Source: Alistipes sp.
GTDB taxonomy: Bacteria; Bacteroidota; Bacteroidia; Bacteroidales; Rikenellaceae
Length of the DNA: 64,000 bases
Direction: 5' to 3'
Assembly (NCBI GenBank): GCA_017383445.1
Contig: JAFNXQ010000020.1
Coordinates: forward strand, 35,561-99,560
The translations under genes and the position numbers were made by a program. Positions 19,819 through 29,410 of this stretch are shown here, in pieces (position 1 is the stretch's first letter; the number at the start of each line of letters is the position of its first letter). Under the pieces are notes generated by a model that was given only the letters and a program-made list of their open reading frames with translations, was not told where the DNA came from and did not search any database.

Positions 19819-20733
19819 CTACTTTCGCGGGTGGGCCTCGGCGTATATTCGTTGCAGCGAGGCTATATCGTTGTGGGTATATACCTGCGTTGCATTGAGT
19901 GAGGAGTGACCCATCAGCTCCTGTATCTCGCGTATGTCGGCACCATCGTTCAGCAGGTGTGTTGCGAAGGTGTGCCTCAACACGTGAGGCGAGCATTTGC
20001 CATCCACACCACAACTCCGCAGAAGGCGTGCCACGCTGCGTTGAACATCGCTGCGGGATATACGACCTCCACGTGGAGATAAAAATAGTGCATTTTCGTC
20101 GTTTTTGCAAATTTTTTCGGCAGAAAATGCGGAAATATATCGCAATACCTCATCCCGTACCCTCGCGGCAAGAGGTACAATACGCATCTTGTCGCCCTTA
20201 CCGCGGACTCGCAGCGAGTGAAAATCGTCGGTGAAGTCATCTCTGTCGATGCCCACAACCTCCGCCAGACGCAGACCGCAGGCGTAGAGCAGCAGCACCA
20301 GCAGAGCATCACGCCTCTCACGCCACTCGCCCTCACGCAGCTGTTGCAGCACCTCCTCCACAACCGCCGACATGGTGTTCTGCGACACAAACTTCGGCAG
20401 TCGCTTGGCGGTACGCATCGCACTCACCTTCACGAATATATTCTTTGTGATGAGGCCGTTGCTCAGCATATATTTGTAGAGAGTCCTTAGCGATGCCACA
20501 GCACGGTTTATAGACTGCGGTTTCAGGTGGCGTTCGTCGGCTAAATAGAGCTCCCAGCTGCGGATATCCTCGCCGCGAGCCTCCGTGAGAGAGAACTCGC
20601 CGCCCGACATCCTCTCGCCCCACGCCATAAAGTCGTCAATATCACGCAGATAGTTACGCACCGTCAGCGGCGAGTAACGACGTTCGGCCGTGAGGTAGAG
20701 AGTGAAGCGTTCTATGATGAGAGAGTTCTCCAT
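19819..20733 (-). CDS. xerC: Tyrosine recombinase, XerC-like
   Basis: ERRYSPLTVRNY, LYACGLR, GKGDKMR, HVLRHTFATHLL, MGHSS, TQVY (complete R-K-H-R-H-Y set). Confidence 0.85.
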   Translation of the reverse strand: MENSLIIERFTLYLTAERRYSPLTVRNYLRDIDDFMAWGERMSGGEFSLTEARGEDIRSWELYLADERHLKPQSINRAVASLRTLYKYMLSNGLITKNIFVKVSAMRTAKRLPKFVSQNTMSAVVEEVLQQLREGEWRERRDALLVLLLYACGLRLAEVVGIDRDDFTDDFHSLRVRGKGDKMRIVPLAARVRDEVLRYISAFSAEKICKNDENALFLSPRGGRISRSDVQRSVARLLRSCGVDGKCSPHVLRHTFATHLLNDGADIREIQELMGHSSLNATQVYTHNDIASLQRIYAEAHPRK

Positions 20734-20932
20734 AAAGGCTGTTTTTTTTCTTCTTGCGACAGCGGAAAATCAATCGCCACGCCTCACAAATGTAAGAAAA
20801 TTATCACGCCCTGCAAAGTTTCGCAGGGTATAAATTGTCATTCTGACAATAAATCATTACCTTTACTGCACTTTTTGCCAAAAACACTCTGTCGGGTGTT
20901 GAACAATGAACAAAACTTCAAACATTACAAAT

Positions 20933-22213
20933 ATGGCTATTACAAGAAAAGATTTTCTCAAAACGCTGGGAGGACTGGCCGCTTTGACCATCATCCCTCG
21001 CCGCGTGTTAGGAGGAGCAGGGCATATAGCCCCCAACGACCAGCTCACAAAGGGTATCATCGGTACGGGTGGTATCGGTATGAGCAACCTCCATTTTTCA
21101 AGCGATGAGCAGTGCCGTCTGGTGGCAATGTGTGACGTGGACAGCAACCACCTCAAACGAGGTGTCGAGCTGGCGAAGAGCCGCCTTGGCGAGACGGTGA
21201 ACAGCTACCACTTCTATCGCGACCTTATCAACGACTCCAATGTCGATATCGTTCATATCGCAACACCTCCCCACTGGCACGGTATTATGGCCGTTGAGGC
21301 TGCCAAGGCGGGTAAGGATATCTTCTGCGAGAAGCCTATGACGCGTACTATTGGCGAGGGCAAGAGGGTTATGGAGGCCGTTGAGCAGAACAAGCGTGTC
21401 TTCCGCCTCAATACGTGGTTCCGCTTCAAGGATACATTCTACGGTCTGGGTACTACGGTAGAGCCTTTGAAGAAGCTGGTCGATAGCGGTATGCTCGGCT
21501 GGCCCTTGAAGGTTACCATTTCAGGCCATACGGGCTTCAACTGGAAGTTCTTCTGGGTTGGTAAGGAGAACCTTGTCGAGCAGCCCGTGCCGGCAAATCT
21601 CGACTACGACCTGTGGTTGGGCCCCGCACCCTACAAACCCTACAACGAGCATCGTACACACCAGACCTTCCGCGGCTACTGGGACTACGACGGTGGCGGT
21701 CTGGGCGATATGGGACAGCACTACATCGACCCCGTGCAGTATATTCTGGGCAAGGATAACACCTCGCCCGTGAAGGTTGAGGTGGATGCTCCGCAGCAGC
21801 ACCACGACGCTATCGGCACATGGCGTAAGATTACCTACACCTACGACGACGGTTGTCAGATTATCCTCCAGGGCGAGGATCACGGTGACCCGACAGCTCC
21901 CTACATCGAGGGCCCGTTGGGTAAGGTTTATCAGGGCTTCCGCTGCACCATCCCCAACGTTATGGACAAGCTGGCGGAGTTGCCCGACCCCGAGCCACAG
22001 AACACCGACTTCCTGAAATGTGTCCACACACGCGAGAAGTTCGCCCTGAACGAGGCCAACGGATTCCGTTCTTCAACGGTGGTGAATATGGGTCTGTGTG
22101 CCCTGCGTCTGAACCGCACATTGGAGTTCGACCCCGTGAAGTTGCAGTTCATTGGTGATGATGCGGCAAATGCACTTATCGACCAGCCGATGCGTGGTCC
22201 CTGGAAAATATAA
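20933..22213 (+). CDS. Tat-exported Gfo/Idh/MocA NAD-dependent oxidoreductase
   Basis: Tat-like signal MAITRKDFLK, IGTGGIG, ATPPHWH, CEKP, DLWLGPAP, GDMGQH. Confidence 0.9.
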   Translation: MAITRKDFLKTLGGLAALTIIPRRVLGGAGHIAPNDQLTKGIIGTGGIGMSNLHFSSDEQCRLVAMCDVDSNHLKRGVELAKSRLGETVNSYHFYRDLINDSNVDIVHIATPPHWHGIMAVEAAKAGKDIFCEKPMTRTIGEGKRVMEAVEQNKRVFRLNTWFRFKDTFYGLGTTVEPLKKLVDSGMLGWPLKVTISGHTGFNWKFFWVGKENLVEQPVPANLDYDLWLGPAPYKPYNEHRTHQTFRGYWDYDGGGLGDMGQHYIDPVQYILGKDNTSPVKVEVDAPQQHHDAIGTWRKITYTYDDGCQIILQGEDHGDPTAPYIEGPLGKVYQGFRCTIPNVMDKLAELPDPEPQNTDFLKCVHTREKFALNEANGFRSSTVVNMGLCALRLNRTLEFDPVKLQFIGDDAANALIDQPMRGPWKI

Positions 22214-22239
22214 TCCGTAACCGCTAAAAGAGGAACAAG

Positions 22240-25029
22240 ATGAAAAAGATATTTTTATTGATTACAATGTTGGCATTGATGCCCTTTGCGGTTGTCAATG
22301 CACAGGAGGATGCTCGTCAGCGTACAGCCGAGACCATCGTTGCGGATGCTCTGGCACAGCTGCCTGCCGAGACCCCCGAAATCTATAACAACACGATGGC
22401 CGAGCTGGCTGCTACGGGCAAGGCGGGTGTGTTGATGATTGCCGATATGTTGCAGGTGGCGAAGGAGGGCGTGAACAACTCTCCTATGGAGTACGCTTTG
22501 AGTGGTGTTGCCACCTATGTCACCAAGGCCGGCGACGAGCAGCGTAAGGCTGTCCGCGAGGGCTTGAAGGAGGCTTTTGCTAAGGAGGAAGCTCCCGTTT
22601 TGAAGGCCTACCTTATGCAGACCTTGGAGATTTGTGCTACGAAGGAGGATGTTGAGTTCTTCGCCGAGCAGCTCAATGACGAGTATTTGAAGGATTATGC
22701 CGTACACGCCCTGTCGAAGATTGATGGCAGCGGTGCATTGGTTTGGGAGATTTTCCAGCGTGCTTACGGTATCAACATCGACAAGTCTGTATTGTCGCAG
22801 ATTGCCTCATATCAGTATATCCCCGGAGCCGAGGGTTTCCTGATTTTGTGGTTGAAGGAGGCACAGGACGACGACGAACGAGCACAGATTCATCACGCCC
22901 TGGCTTCGTGCGGCAGCGTGAATGCCGAGAAGGTTTTGTCGTCAGCGGCAAAGGCTGTGGGCTATAACTTCGAGGCCACCGATGCCTATGGCTCTTATGT
23001 GGCTCTTCTTAATCGTCTGGTAGGAGAGAATCCCAATCTTGCAGAGAAGGGTGCGAAGAAGCTGATGAAGGTCGGAAAGAACAATGTCCGCTTGCAGGGT
23101 CTTGATATTATGGCTCGCCTGAATGGTAACGCTGTCCTGCCCACAATCATCAAGGGCTTGAAGGATGAGAGCCGCGACTACCGCTACGGTGCGTTGCTTA
23201 CGGCCGATTCGTTTGCCGATGAGAAGGTCTATGCCGCTATTGCAGAGGCTCTGCCCAAGGCTACTGACGAGGCGAAGGTCGATATCCTCAACTATCTGGG
23301 TGCTTCACACGCCGAGAGTCAGGTGGATAGGGTTGCCGAGTATATCGCTTCTGACTGCGACTGTGTAGCCATTGCCGCTATCGAGGCTGCGGGCCGCATT
23401 GGTGGCGAGAAGGCTTTGGAGGCTATTATGGCGGAGGTCGCTACCGAGGGCGAGGGCAAGGTTTACGATGCAGCTATTGCCACTCTGCTGGCGTTCAATG
23501 GTAGTATTGACGATGCTGTGGTGGCTGCCTTGGAGGGTAACGACTCTTCAAAGGCTGCCGCATTGCAGATTTTGCAGAAGCGTCGCATCACGAAGGCTGC
23601 CGACAAGGTGCTGGCTATGGCTGGTGAGGGTTGCGAGGCTGCCGTGAAGGCTCTGCCTATGGTTGCTGCCGAGCAGAACTTCGATGCGTTGTGCGAGATG
23701 CTCATCGCCGGCAAGGGCGACAAGACATCGGTGAGCAACGCTATCATCAAGTCGTTGAAGGAGCTCTCATCTGCCGAGCAGGTGAAGCGTATCGAGGCGA
23801 AGATGGGTGCAACCGACAAGGTGCATCTGTTCTATCCTATCCTTGCGGCTACGGGTGCCAAGGAGGCTATTGCTCCCATCGTTGAGGGTTACAACAACGG
23901 CAATGTCGAGAACTCGGCTTTTGCCAGCCTCTGCACAATCAACGACGACTCGCTTATCGACCAGATGTATAAGATTGCACAGGAGAACAAGGGCTTGAAG
24001 GAGCACGCTGTGGCTCGTTATATCGACCTTGTGAAGGCCTCTTCTGCACTCAACGGCGAGCAGAAGTTCGCACGCTATCGTGCCGCTTTGGAGCTCAACC
24101 CCAAGACCCCCAATAAGAACAAGGCTCTGCGTGCTATCTCTCGCACACAGACCTATCAGGGTATGATGCTCGCTGCCGAGTATATGGACGACGAGGCTAC
24201 GGCACAGGCGGCTGCCAATACCGTTATGGAGATTGCCACCAAGCATCCGGAGTATTACAGTGCCGAGGTGAAGGCTCTTCTGGAGAAGGTGGCTGCAACA
24301 CTCAACGACAGCGACGCCGTATATAAGCGTAAGGATATCGAGAAGTTCATCTCGGAGAACAAGCAGAAGGAGTCATTCTCTATCGTTGCAACACTCTCTG
24401 ACGAGGAGCAGGCCGAGGGCTTTGAGCTTCTGTTCGATGGCGTGAATATGGATAAGTGGCAGGGTAATACGGCCGCTTATCAGCCTATCAACGGCTATAT
24501 GTATGTTACCGCATCGTATGGTGCTACGGGAAACCTCTACACGCTGAAAGAGTATGACGACTTCGTGCTTCGCTTTGAGTTCTGCTTCGACCGCGAGGGT
24601 GTGAACAACGGCGTGGGTATCCGTGCCGAGATGGGCAAGGATGCCGCCTATTATGGTATGGAGATTCAGCTCCTGCACCACGATGCTCCTATCTACAAGA
24701 ACCTGAAAGAGCATCAGGTACACGGCTCGGTGTATGGTATCATTCCCGCCAAGCGTATCAAGTGGGAGGGCATCGGCACCTGGCACGCGGAGGAGATTCG
24801 CATCAAGGGCGACCACATCACCGTCACTGTTGATGGCGAGGTTATCGTTGATGGCAACATCCGCAAGGCCTGCAAGGGCAAGAATGTTGCTCCCGATGGA
24901 GGCAAGCATAATCCCTACACGGTCGATGGTTACAACCATCCCGGTCTTTTCAACAAGAAGGGTTATATCTGCTTCTGCGGTCACGGCGAGGGTATGAAGC
25001 TTCGCAACGTACGCGTGAAGGAGTTGTAA
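22240..25029 (+). CDS. Secreted HEAT-repeat protein with C-terminal DUF1080 (3-keto-glycoside hydrolase-like) domain
   Basis: Signal peptide, about 700 aa of Ala-rich helical repeats, then GFELLFDG, NNGVGIR, GMEIQLL, HGSVYG and GYICFCGHG...RNVRVKEL. Confidence 0.82.
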   Translation: MKKIFLLITMLALMPFAVVNAQEDARQRTAETIVADALAQLPAETPEIYNNTMAELAATGKAGVLMIADMLQVAKEGVNNSPMEYALSGVATYVTKAGDEQRKAVREGLKEAFAKEEAPVLKAYLMQTLEICATKEDVEFFAEQLNDEYLKDYAVHALSKIDGSGALVWEIFQRAYGINIDKSVLSQIASYQYIPGAEGFLILWLKEAQDDDERAQIHHALASCGSVNAEKVLSSAAKAVGYNFEATDAYGSYVALLNRLVGENPNLAEKGAKKLMKVGKNNVRLQGLDIMARLNGNAVLPTIIKGLKDESRDYRYGALLTADSFADEKVYAAIAEALPKATDEAKVDILNYLGASHAESQVDRVAEYIASDCDCVAIAAIEAAGRIGGEKALEAIMAEVATEGEGKVYDAAIATLLAFNGSIDDAVVAALEGNDSSKAAALQILQKRRITKAADKVLAMAGEGCEAAVKALPMVAAEQNFDALCEMLIAGKGDKTSVSNAIIKSLKELSSAEQVKRIEAKMGATDKVHLFYPILAATGAKEAIAPIVEGYNNGNVENSAFASLCTINDDSLIDQMYKIAQENKGLKEHAVARYIDLVKASSALNGEQKFARYRAALELNPKTPNKNKALRAISRTQTYQGMMLAAEYMDDEATAQAAANTVMEIATKHPEYYSAEVKALLEKVAATLNDSDAVYKRKDIEKFISENKQKESFSIVATLSDEEQAEGFELLFDGVNMDKWQGNTAAYQPINGYMYVTASYGATGNLYTLKEYDDFVLRFEFCFDREGVNNGVGIRAEMGKDAAYYGMEIQLLHHDAPIYKNLKEHQVHGSVYGIIPAKRIKWEGIGTWHAEEIRIKGDHITVTVDGEVIVDGNIRKACKGKNVAPDGGKHNPYTVDGYNHPGLFNKKGYICFCGHGEGMKLRNVRVKEL

Positions 25030-25071
25030 GAGAGGGCCTCTCTGCGTAAAGAGAGAGATTAACAATAGATT

Positions 25072-25103
25072 CTGCCTGACCTTTTTGGTCGGGCAGTTTT
25101 TTT
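25072..25103 (+). terminator. Intrinsic terminator
   Basis: CTGCCTGACC...GGTCGGGCAG followed by T8. Confidence 0.8.
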
Positions 25104-25283
25104 TGTTCCCTGTCGTGAAATTGTCAAATGCCGAAATTCTTTTGTGATGAAAACAGTTGTTCACCGCCGTTTTTTACCGCTTCACCTTTTATAGTATTGA
25201 AATTTATACCTATTTTATATAGTTTTTAGTATCTTTGCGAAGATTTTGTCGAACTCGGATGTTGAACTAAAAATATTAGCCCG

Positions 25284-26360
25284 ATGAAAAGAAAATGGAT
25301 TATCACAGCAATTTTGATTGTTGTTATCTGTCTCGTGGGTGCTGCCTACAAATACTACACTACACACTACGCCTCAGGCGAGGAGGCTGCACCTGTCGCA
25401 AAGAGTGGTGTGCAGCGTAAGATTCTCAATGTAAATGGTCTGGCCATACGCACGCAAACCCTGACCGACGATATCTCAATGGTGGGCAACCTGCTCCCCG
25501 ACGAGGAGGTGGACCTCACATTCGAGACCTCGGGCAAGATTGTGGAGATTAACTTCAAGGAGGGCTCGGCAGTGCGTAAGGGTGACCTTCTGGCGAAGGT
25601 GAACGACAAGCCGCTGGTGGCACAGCTGGCACGCTACGAGGCACAGCTCAAGCTGGCACAGGACCGCGTATATCGTCATGGTGCCCTGCTGGAGAAGGAT
25701 GCGGTGAGTCAGGAGGCCTACGAGCAGGCCCGCACCGAGCTGGCGAAGCTCAATGCCGAGATTGAGATTATCAACTCAAACATCGCCCTCACCGAGCTGC
25801 GTGCTCCGTTTGATGGTGTCATCGGTCTGCGTAATGTCAGCGAGGGAGCCTACGCCTCGCCCAGCGTCGTTGTGGCAAAGCTGACGAAGGTGTCGCCCCT
25901 GAAGATTGATATGTTCATTCCGGAGAGATATGCCGACCAGATTCAAATCGGCACTCCGCTGACCTTCACCGTTGAGGGTCATAACACCACCTACCGTGCT
26001 ACGGTCTATGCCAAGGAGTCGGAGGTCGATATGGCTACCCGCACACTTGCCGTGCGTGCCACCTATCCCAACACCAACCACCGCCTTATGCCGGGACGCT
26101 TCATCTCGGCACGTATCCGTATGCAGGATATCCCCAACGCCATAGCCATACCCACCGAGGCCATCGTGCCGGAGATGGGTATCGACAAGGTCTATCTCTA
26201 TCGCAGCGGCAAGGCTCACGCCGTAGCCGTCAAGACGGGTCTGCGTACCGATGCCCTCATACACATTGTCGAGGGTCTGAGTGTCGGCGACACGATTATC
26301 ACATCCGGCACATTGCAGTTGCGTGAGGATCTGCCCGTAAAACTTGATGTCGTTGAGTAA
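25284..26360 (+). CDS. RND efflux periplasmic adaptor (MFP)
   Basis: N-terminal anchor, ETSGKI..I.FKEG..V.KGDLL, LRAPFDG, LMPG.F, GLSVGD. A TATCTTTG promoter box lies at 25230-25237. Confidence 0.93.
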   Translation: MKRKWIITAILIVVICLVGAAYKYYTTHYASGEEAAPVAKSGVQRKILNVNGLAIRTQTLTDDISMVGNLLPDEEVDLTFETSGKIVEINFKEGSAVRKGDLLAKVNDKPLVAQLARYEAQLKLAQDRVYRHGALLEKDAVSQEAYEQARTELAKLNAEIEIINSNIALTELRAPFDGVIGLRNVSEGAYASPSVVVAKLTKVSPLKIDMFIPERYADQIQIGTPLTFTVEGHNTTYRATVYAKESEVDMATRTLAVRATYPNTNHRLMPGRFISARIRMQDIPNAIAIPTEAIVPEMGIDKVYLYRSGKAHAVAVKTGLRTDALIHIVEGLSVGDTIITSGTLQLREDLPVKLDVVE

Positions 26361-26372
26361 AAACCTGCAAGT

Positions 26373-29300
26373 ATGAATATTTCGGAACTCAGCATACGAC
26401 GCCCGGTGCTCGCCACGGTGCTCACCCTGATAATTGTAATCTTCGGTATGATAGGTTACAAGCAGTTGGGTGTGCGAGAGTACCCCAGCGTCGATAACCC
26501 AATCATCTCGGTCACCTGCTCCTACCCCGGAGCCAATGCCGATGTTATTGAGAATCAGATTACCGAGCCGTTGGAGCAGAACATCAACGGTATCCCCGGC
26601 ATCCGTTCGCTGTCGAGTGTCAGCTCGCAGGGATCGAGCCGTGTGACGGTGGAGTTCGAGCTGTCGGTCGATTTGGAGACCGCCGCCAACGACGTGCGTG
26701 ACAAGGTGTCGCGTGCCCAGCGCTGGTTGCCTCGCGACTGCGACCCTCCCACCGTATCAAAGGCCGATGCCGACGCTATGCCTATCCTTATGGTGGCGGT
26801 GCAGAGTGACAAGCGTTCGCTGCTGGAGATAAGCGAGATTGCCGACCTCACAATCAAGGAGCAGTTGCAGACCATCAGCGATGTGAGTGCCGTGCAGATA
26901 TGGGGTGAGAAGCGTTACTCGATGCGTATATGGTTAGACCCGGCGAAGATGGCGGGCTATGGCATCACGCCCGTAGATGTGAAGAGTGCTCTGGACAGGG
27001 AGAATGTCGAGCTGCCGTCGGGAAGTATCGAGGGTAACACCACCGAGCTTACCATCCGCACGATGGGTCTTATGCACACCTCGCAGGAGTTCAACGACCT
27101 TGTAATCAAGCAGAGTGACAGCCGTATCATACGCCTCAGCGACATTGGCCGTGCCGAGCTCGGCCCACAGGATACACGCAGCTATATGAAGATGAACGGC
27201 GTGCCTATGGTGGGTGTCGTTGTGGTGCCGCAGCCGGGAGCAAACCATATCGAGATTGCCGATGCGGTCTATGAACGTGTCGAGCAGATGCGTAAGGATT
27301 TGCCCGAAGATGTGGTGCTGAACTACGGCTTCGACAATACGCACTTTATCCGTGCCTCTATCAACGAGGTTAAGCAGACCGTCTATGAGGCCTTTATATT
27401 GGTGATTATCATCATCTTCCTCTTCCTGCGTAACTTCCGCGTCACGCTTATCCCCTGCATCGTGATTCCCGTGTCGCTGATTGGTACATTCTTCCTGATG
27501 TACCTTGCGGGCTTCTCTATCAACGTCCTCTCGATGCTGGCTGTCGTGCTGTCGGTGGGTCTGGTGGTCGATGATGCTATCGTTATGACCGAAAACATAT
27601 ATATCCGCATCGAGAGGGGTATGTCGCCCTTTGAGGCGGGTATCGAGGGTGCAAAGGAGATCTTCTTTGCGGTGCTCTCTACATCTATAACCCTGCTTGC
27701 GGTATTCTTCCCTATAGTCTTTATGGAGGGTATGACGGGCCGACTGTTCATCGAGTTCAGCCTCGTGATATCGGGTGCGGTGATAATCTCTACCTTCGCC
27801 GCCCTCACCGTGACGCCCATGCTCGCCTCGAAGCTGCTCGTTAAGCAGGAGAAGCAGTCGTGGCTTTATGCCAAGACCGAGCCCTTCTTCGTGTGGCTCA
27901 ACGACTTTTACAGCCGCACGCTGGCCGGCTTCCTGCGTCGTCGCTGGATAGCTATACCTCTGTCGGTGGCTATGTTCGTTGTCATCGGCTGGCTGTGGGC
28001 CACCATACCTGCCGAGCTGGCTCCGCTGGAGGACCGTTCGCAGATTACCATCAGCACCAAGGGTTCGGAGGGTGCCACCTACGAGTTCCTGCGTGACTAC
28101 ACCGAGAATATCAACAGCATAGTCGATTCACTTGTGCCGGAGTCGCGTTACGTTACGGCTCGCGTGAGCAGCGGTCAGGGTAATGTGCAGATAGCCTTGG
28201 AGGATATACAGACGCGTAAGCGTTCACAGATGGAGATTGCCGAGCAGATAACCTCCGAGGTGGGTAAGCATACCAAGGCTCGTGCCTTCGTGCGTCAGCA
28301 ATCGACCTTCGGTGGCCGTCGTGGCGGTATGCCCGTGCAGTATGTGTTGCAGGCGACAACCATCGAACGTCTGGAGGAGGTGCTGCCCAAGTTTATGGAG
28401 AGGGTATATGAGAGTGATGTCTTCCGTATGGCCGATGTGAACCTCAAATTCAGTAAGCCGGAGGCACGCATCAACATCAACCGCGACAAGGCCAATATGC
28501 TGGGCGTCTCGACCCGCGACATAGCACAGACGCTGCAATATGGATTGAGTGGTCAGCGTATGGGTTACTTCTATATGAATGGCAAGCAGTACGAGATTCT
28601 GGCCGAGATAAACCGCCAGCAGCGTAACAAGCCCGCCGACCTGAAATCCATCTACCTGCGAAACAGTGCCGGCGAGATGATACAGATGGATAACCTCGTG
28701 CAGGTGGAGGAGAATGTGGCTCCGCCGCAGCTCTACCACTATAACCGCTTCCTCTCGGCAACCGTGTCGGCAGGTCTGGCCAAGGGCAAGACCATAGGCG
28801 ACGGCCTGAAAGAGATGGACCGCATAGCCGCCGAGGTGTTGCCCGATGACTTCCGCACAGCCCTCACGGGCGACTCGAAGGAGTTCCGCGAGAGTTCGTC
28901 AAGTCTTATGTTCGCCTTCCTGCTGGCTATCCTTCTCATCTACCTTATCCTTGCGGCACAGTTCGAGAGCTTCAAGGACCCGCTGGTCATCATGCTCACC
29001 GTGCCTCTGGCTATCGCCGGTGCGTTGGTCTTTATGGCCTCTACGGGGCAGACGATGAACATCTACACGCAGATTGGTATCATTATGCTTATCGGTCTGG
29101 TGGCGAAGAACGGTATCCTCATCGTGGAGTTCGCCAACCAGAAGCAGGAGTCGGGTATGGGCAAGATGGAGGCTATCGAGCAGGCTTCGTTGCAGCGTAT
29201 GCGACCTATCCTTATGACGAGTGCCTCGACAATTCTCGGTCTGTTGCCTCTGACTATGGCTACGGGCGAGGGTGCTAACGGCCGTATAGCTATGGGTGTT

Positions 29301-29399
29301 ACGGTGGTGGGCGGTATGCTCGTATCGACTACCCTCACGCTGTATGTCGTGCCGGCAATCTACTCCTATGTATCAACCGACAGAAGTAAGCGACTATAA
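26373..29399 (+). CDS. RND efflux permease (AcrB/AcrD/AcrF family)
   Basis: IRRPVLA, REYP, ITEPLEQ, GLVVDDAIV..ENI, KNGILIVEFA, RMRPILMT; 1008 aa. Confidence 0.95.
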   Translation: MNISELSIRRPVLATVLTLIIVIFGMIGYKQLGVREYPSVDNPIISVTCSYPGANADVIENQITEPLEQNINGIPGIRSLSSVSSQGSSRVTVEFELSVDLETAANDVRDKVSRAQRWLPRDCDPPTVSKADADAMPILMVAVQSDKRSLLEISEIADLTIKEQLQTISDVSAVQIWGEKRYSMRIWLDPAKMAGYGITPVDVKSALDRENVELPSGSIEGNTTELTIRTMGLMHTSQEFNDLVIKQSDSRIIRLSDIGRAELGPQDTRSYMKMNGVPMVGVVVVPQPGANHIEIADAVYERVEQMRKDLPEDVVLNYGFDNTHFIRASINEVKQTVYEAFILVIIIIFLFLRNFRVTLIPCIVIPVSLIGTFFLMYLAGFSINVLSMLAVVLSVGLVVDDAIVMTENIYIRIERGMSPFEAGIEGAKEIFFAVLSTSITLLAVFFPIVFMEGMTGRLFIEFSLVISGAVIISTFAALTVTPMLASKLLVKQEKQSWLYAKTEPFFVWLNDFYSRTLAGFLRRRWIAIPLSVAMFVVIGWLWATIPAELAPLEDRSQITISTKGSEGATYEFLRDYTENINSIVDSLVPESRYVTARVSSGQGNVQIALEDIQTRKRSQMEIAEQITSEVGKHTKARAFVRQQSTFGGRRGGMPVQYVLQATTIERLEEVLPKFMERVYESDVFRMADVNLKFSKPEARININRDKANMLGVSTRDIAQTLQYGLSGQRMGYFYMNGKQYEILAEINRQQRNKPADLKSIYLRNSAGEMIQMDNLVQVEENVAPPQLYHYNRFLSATVSAGLAKGKTIGDGLKEMDRIAAEVLPDDFRTALTGDSKEFRESSSSLMFAFLLAILLIYLILAAQFESFKDPLVIMLTVPLAIAGALVFMASTGQTMNIYTQIGIIMLIGLVAKNGILIVEFANQKQESGMGKMEAIEQASLQRMRPILMTSASTILGLLPLTMATGEGANGRIAMGVTVVGGMLVSTTLTLYVVPAIYSYVSTDRSKRL

Positions 29400-29410
29400 A
29401 TTAGGTTATT

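Noticed and set aside
19819-20733. Tyrosine recombinase as the integrase of the urease/glm region, or as a promoter invertase
   Set aside because: Size, motifs and linkage to hpf fit housekeeping XerC. No att-like direct repeats or flanking inverted repeats were seen.
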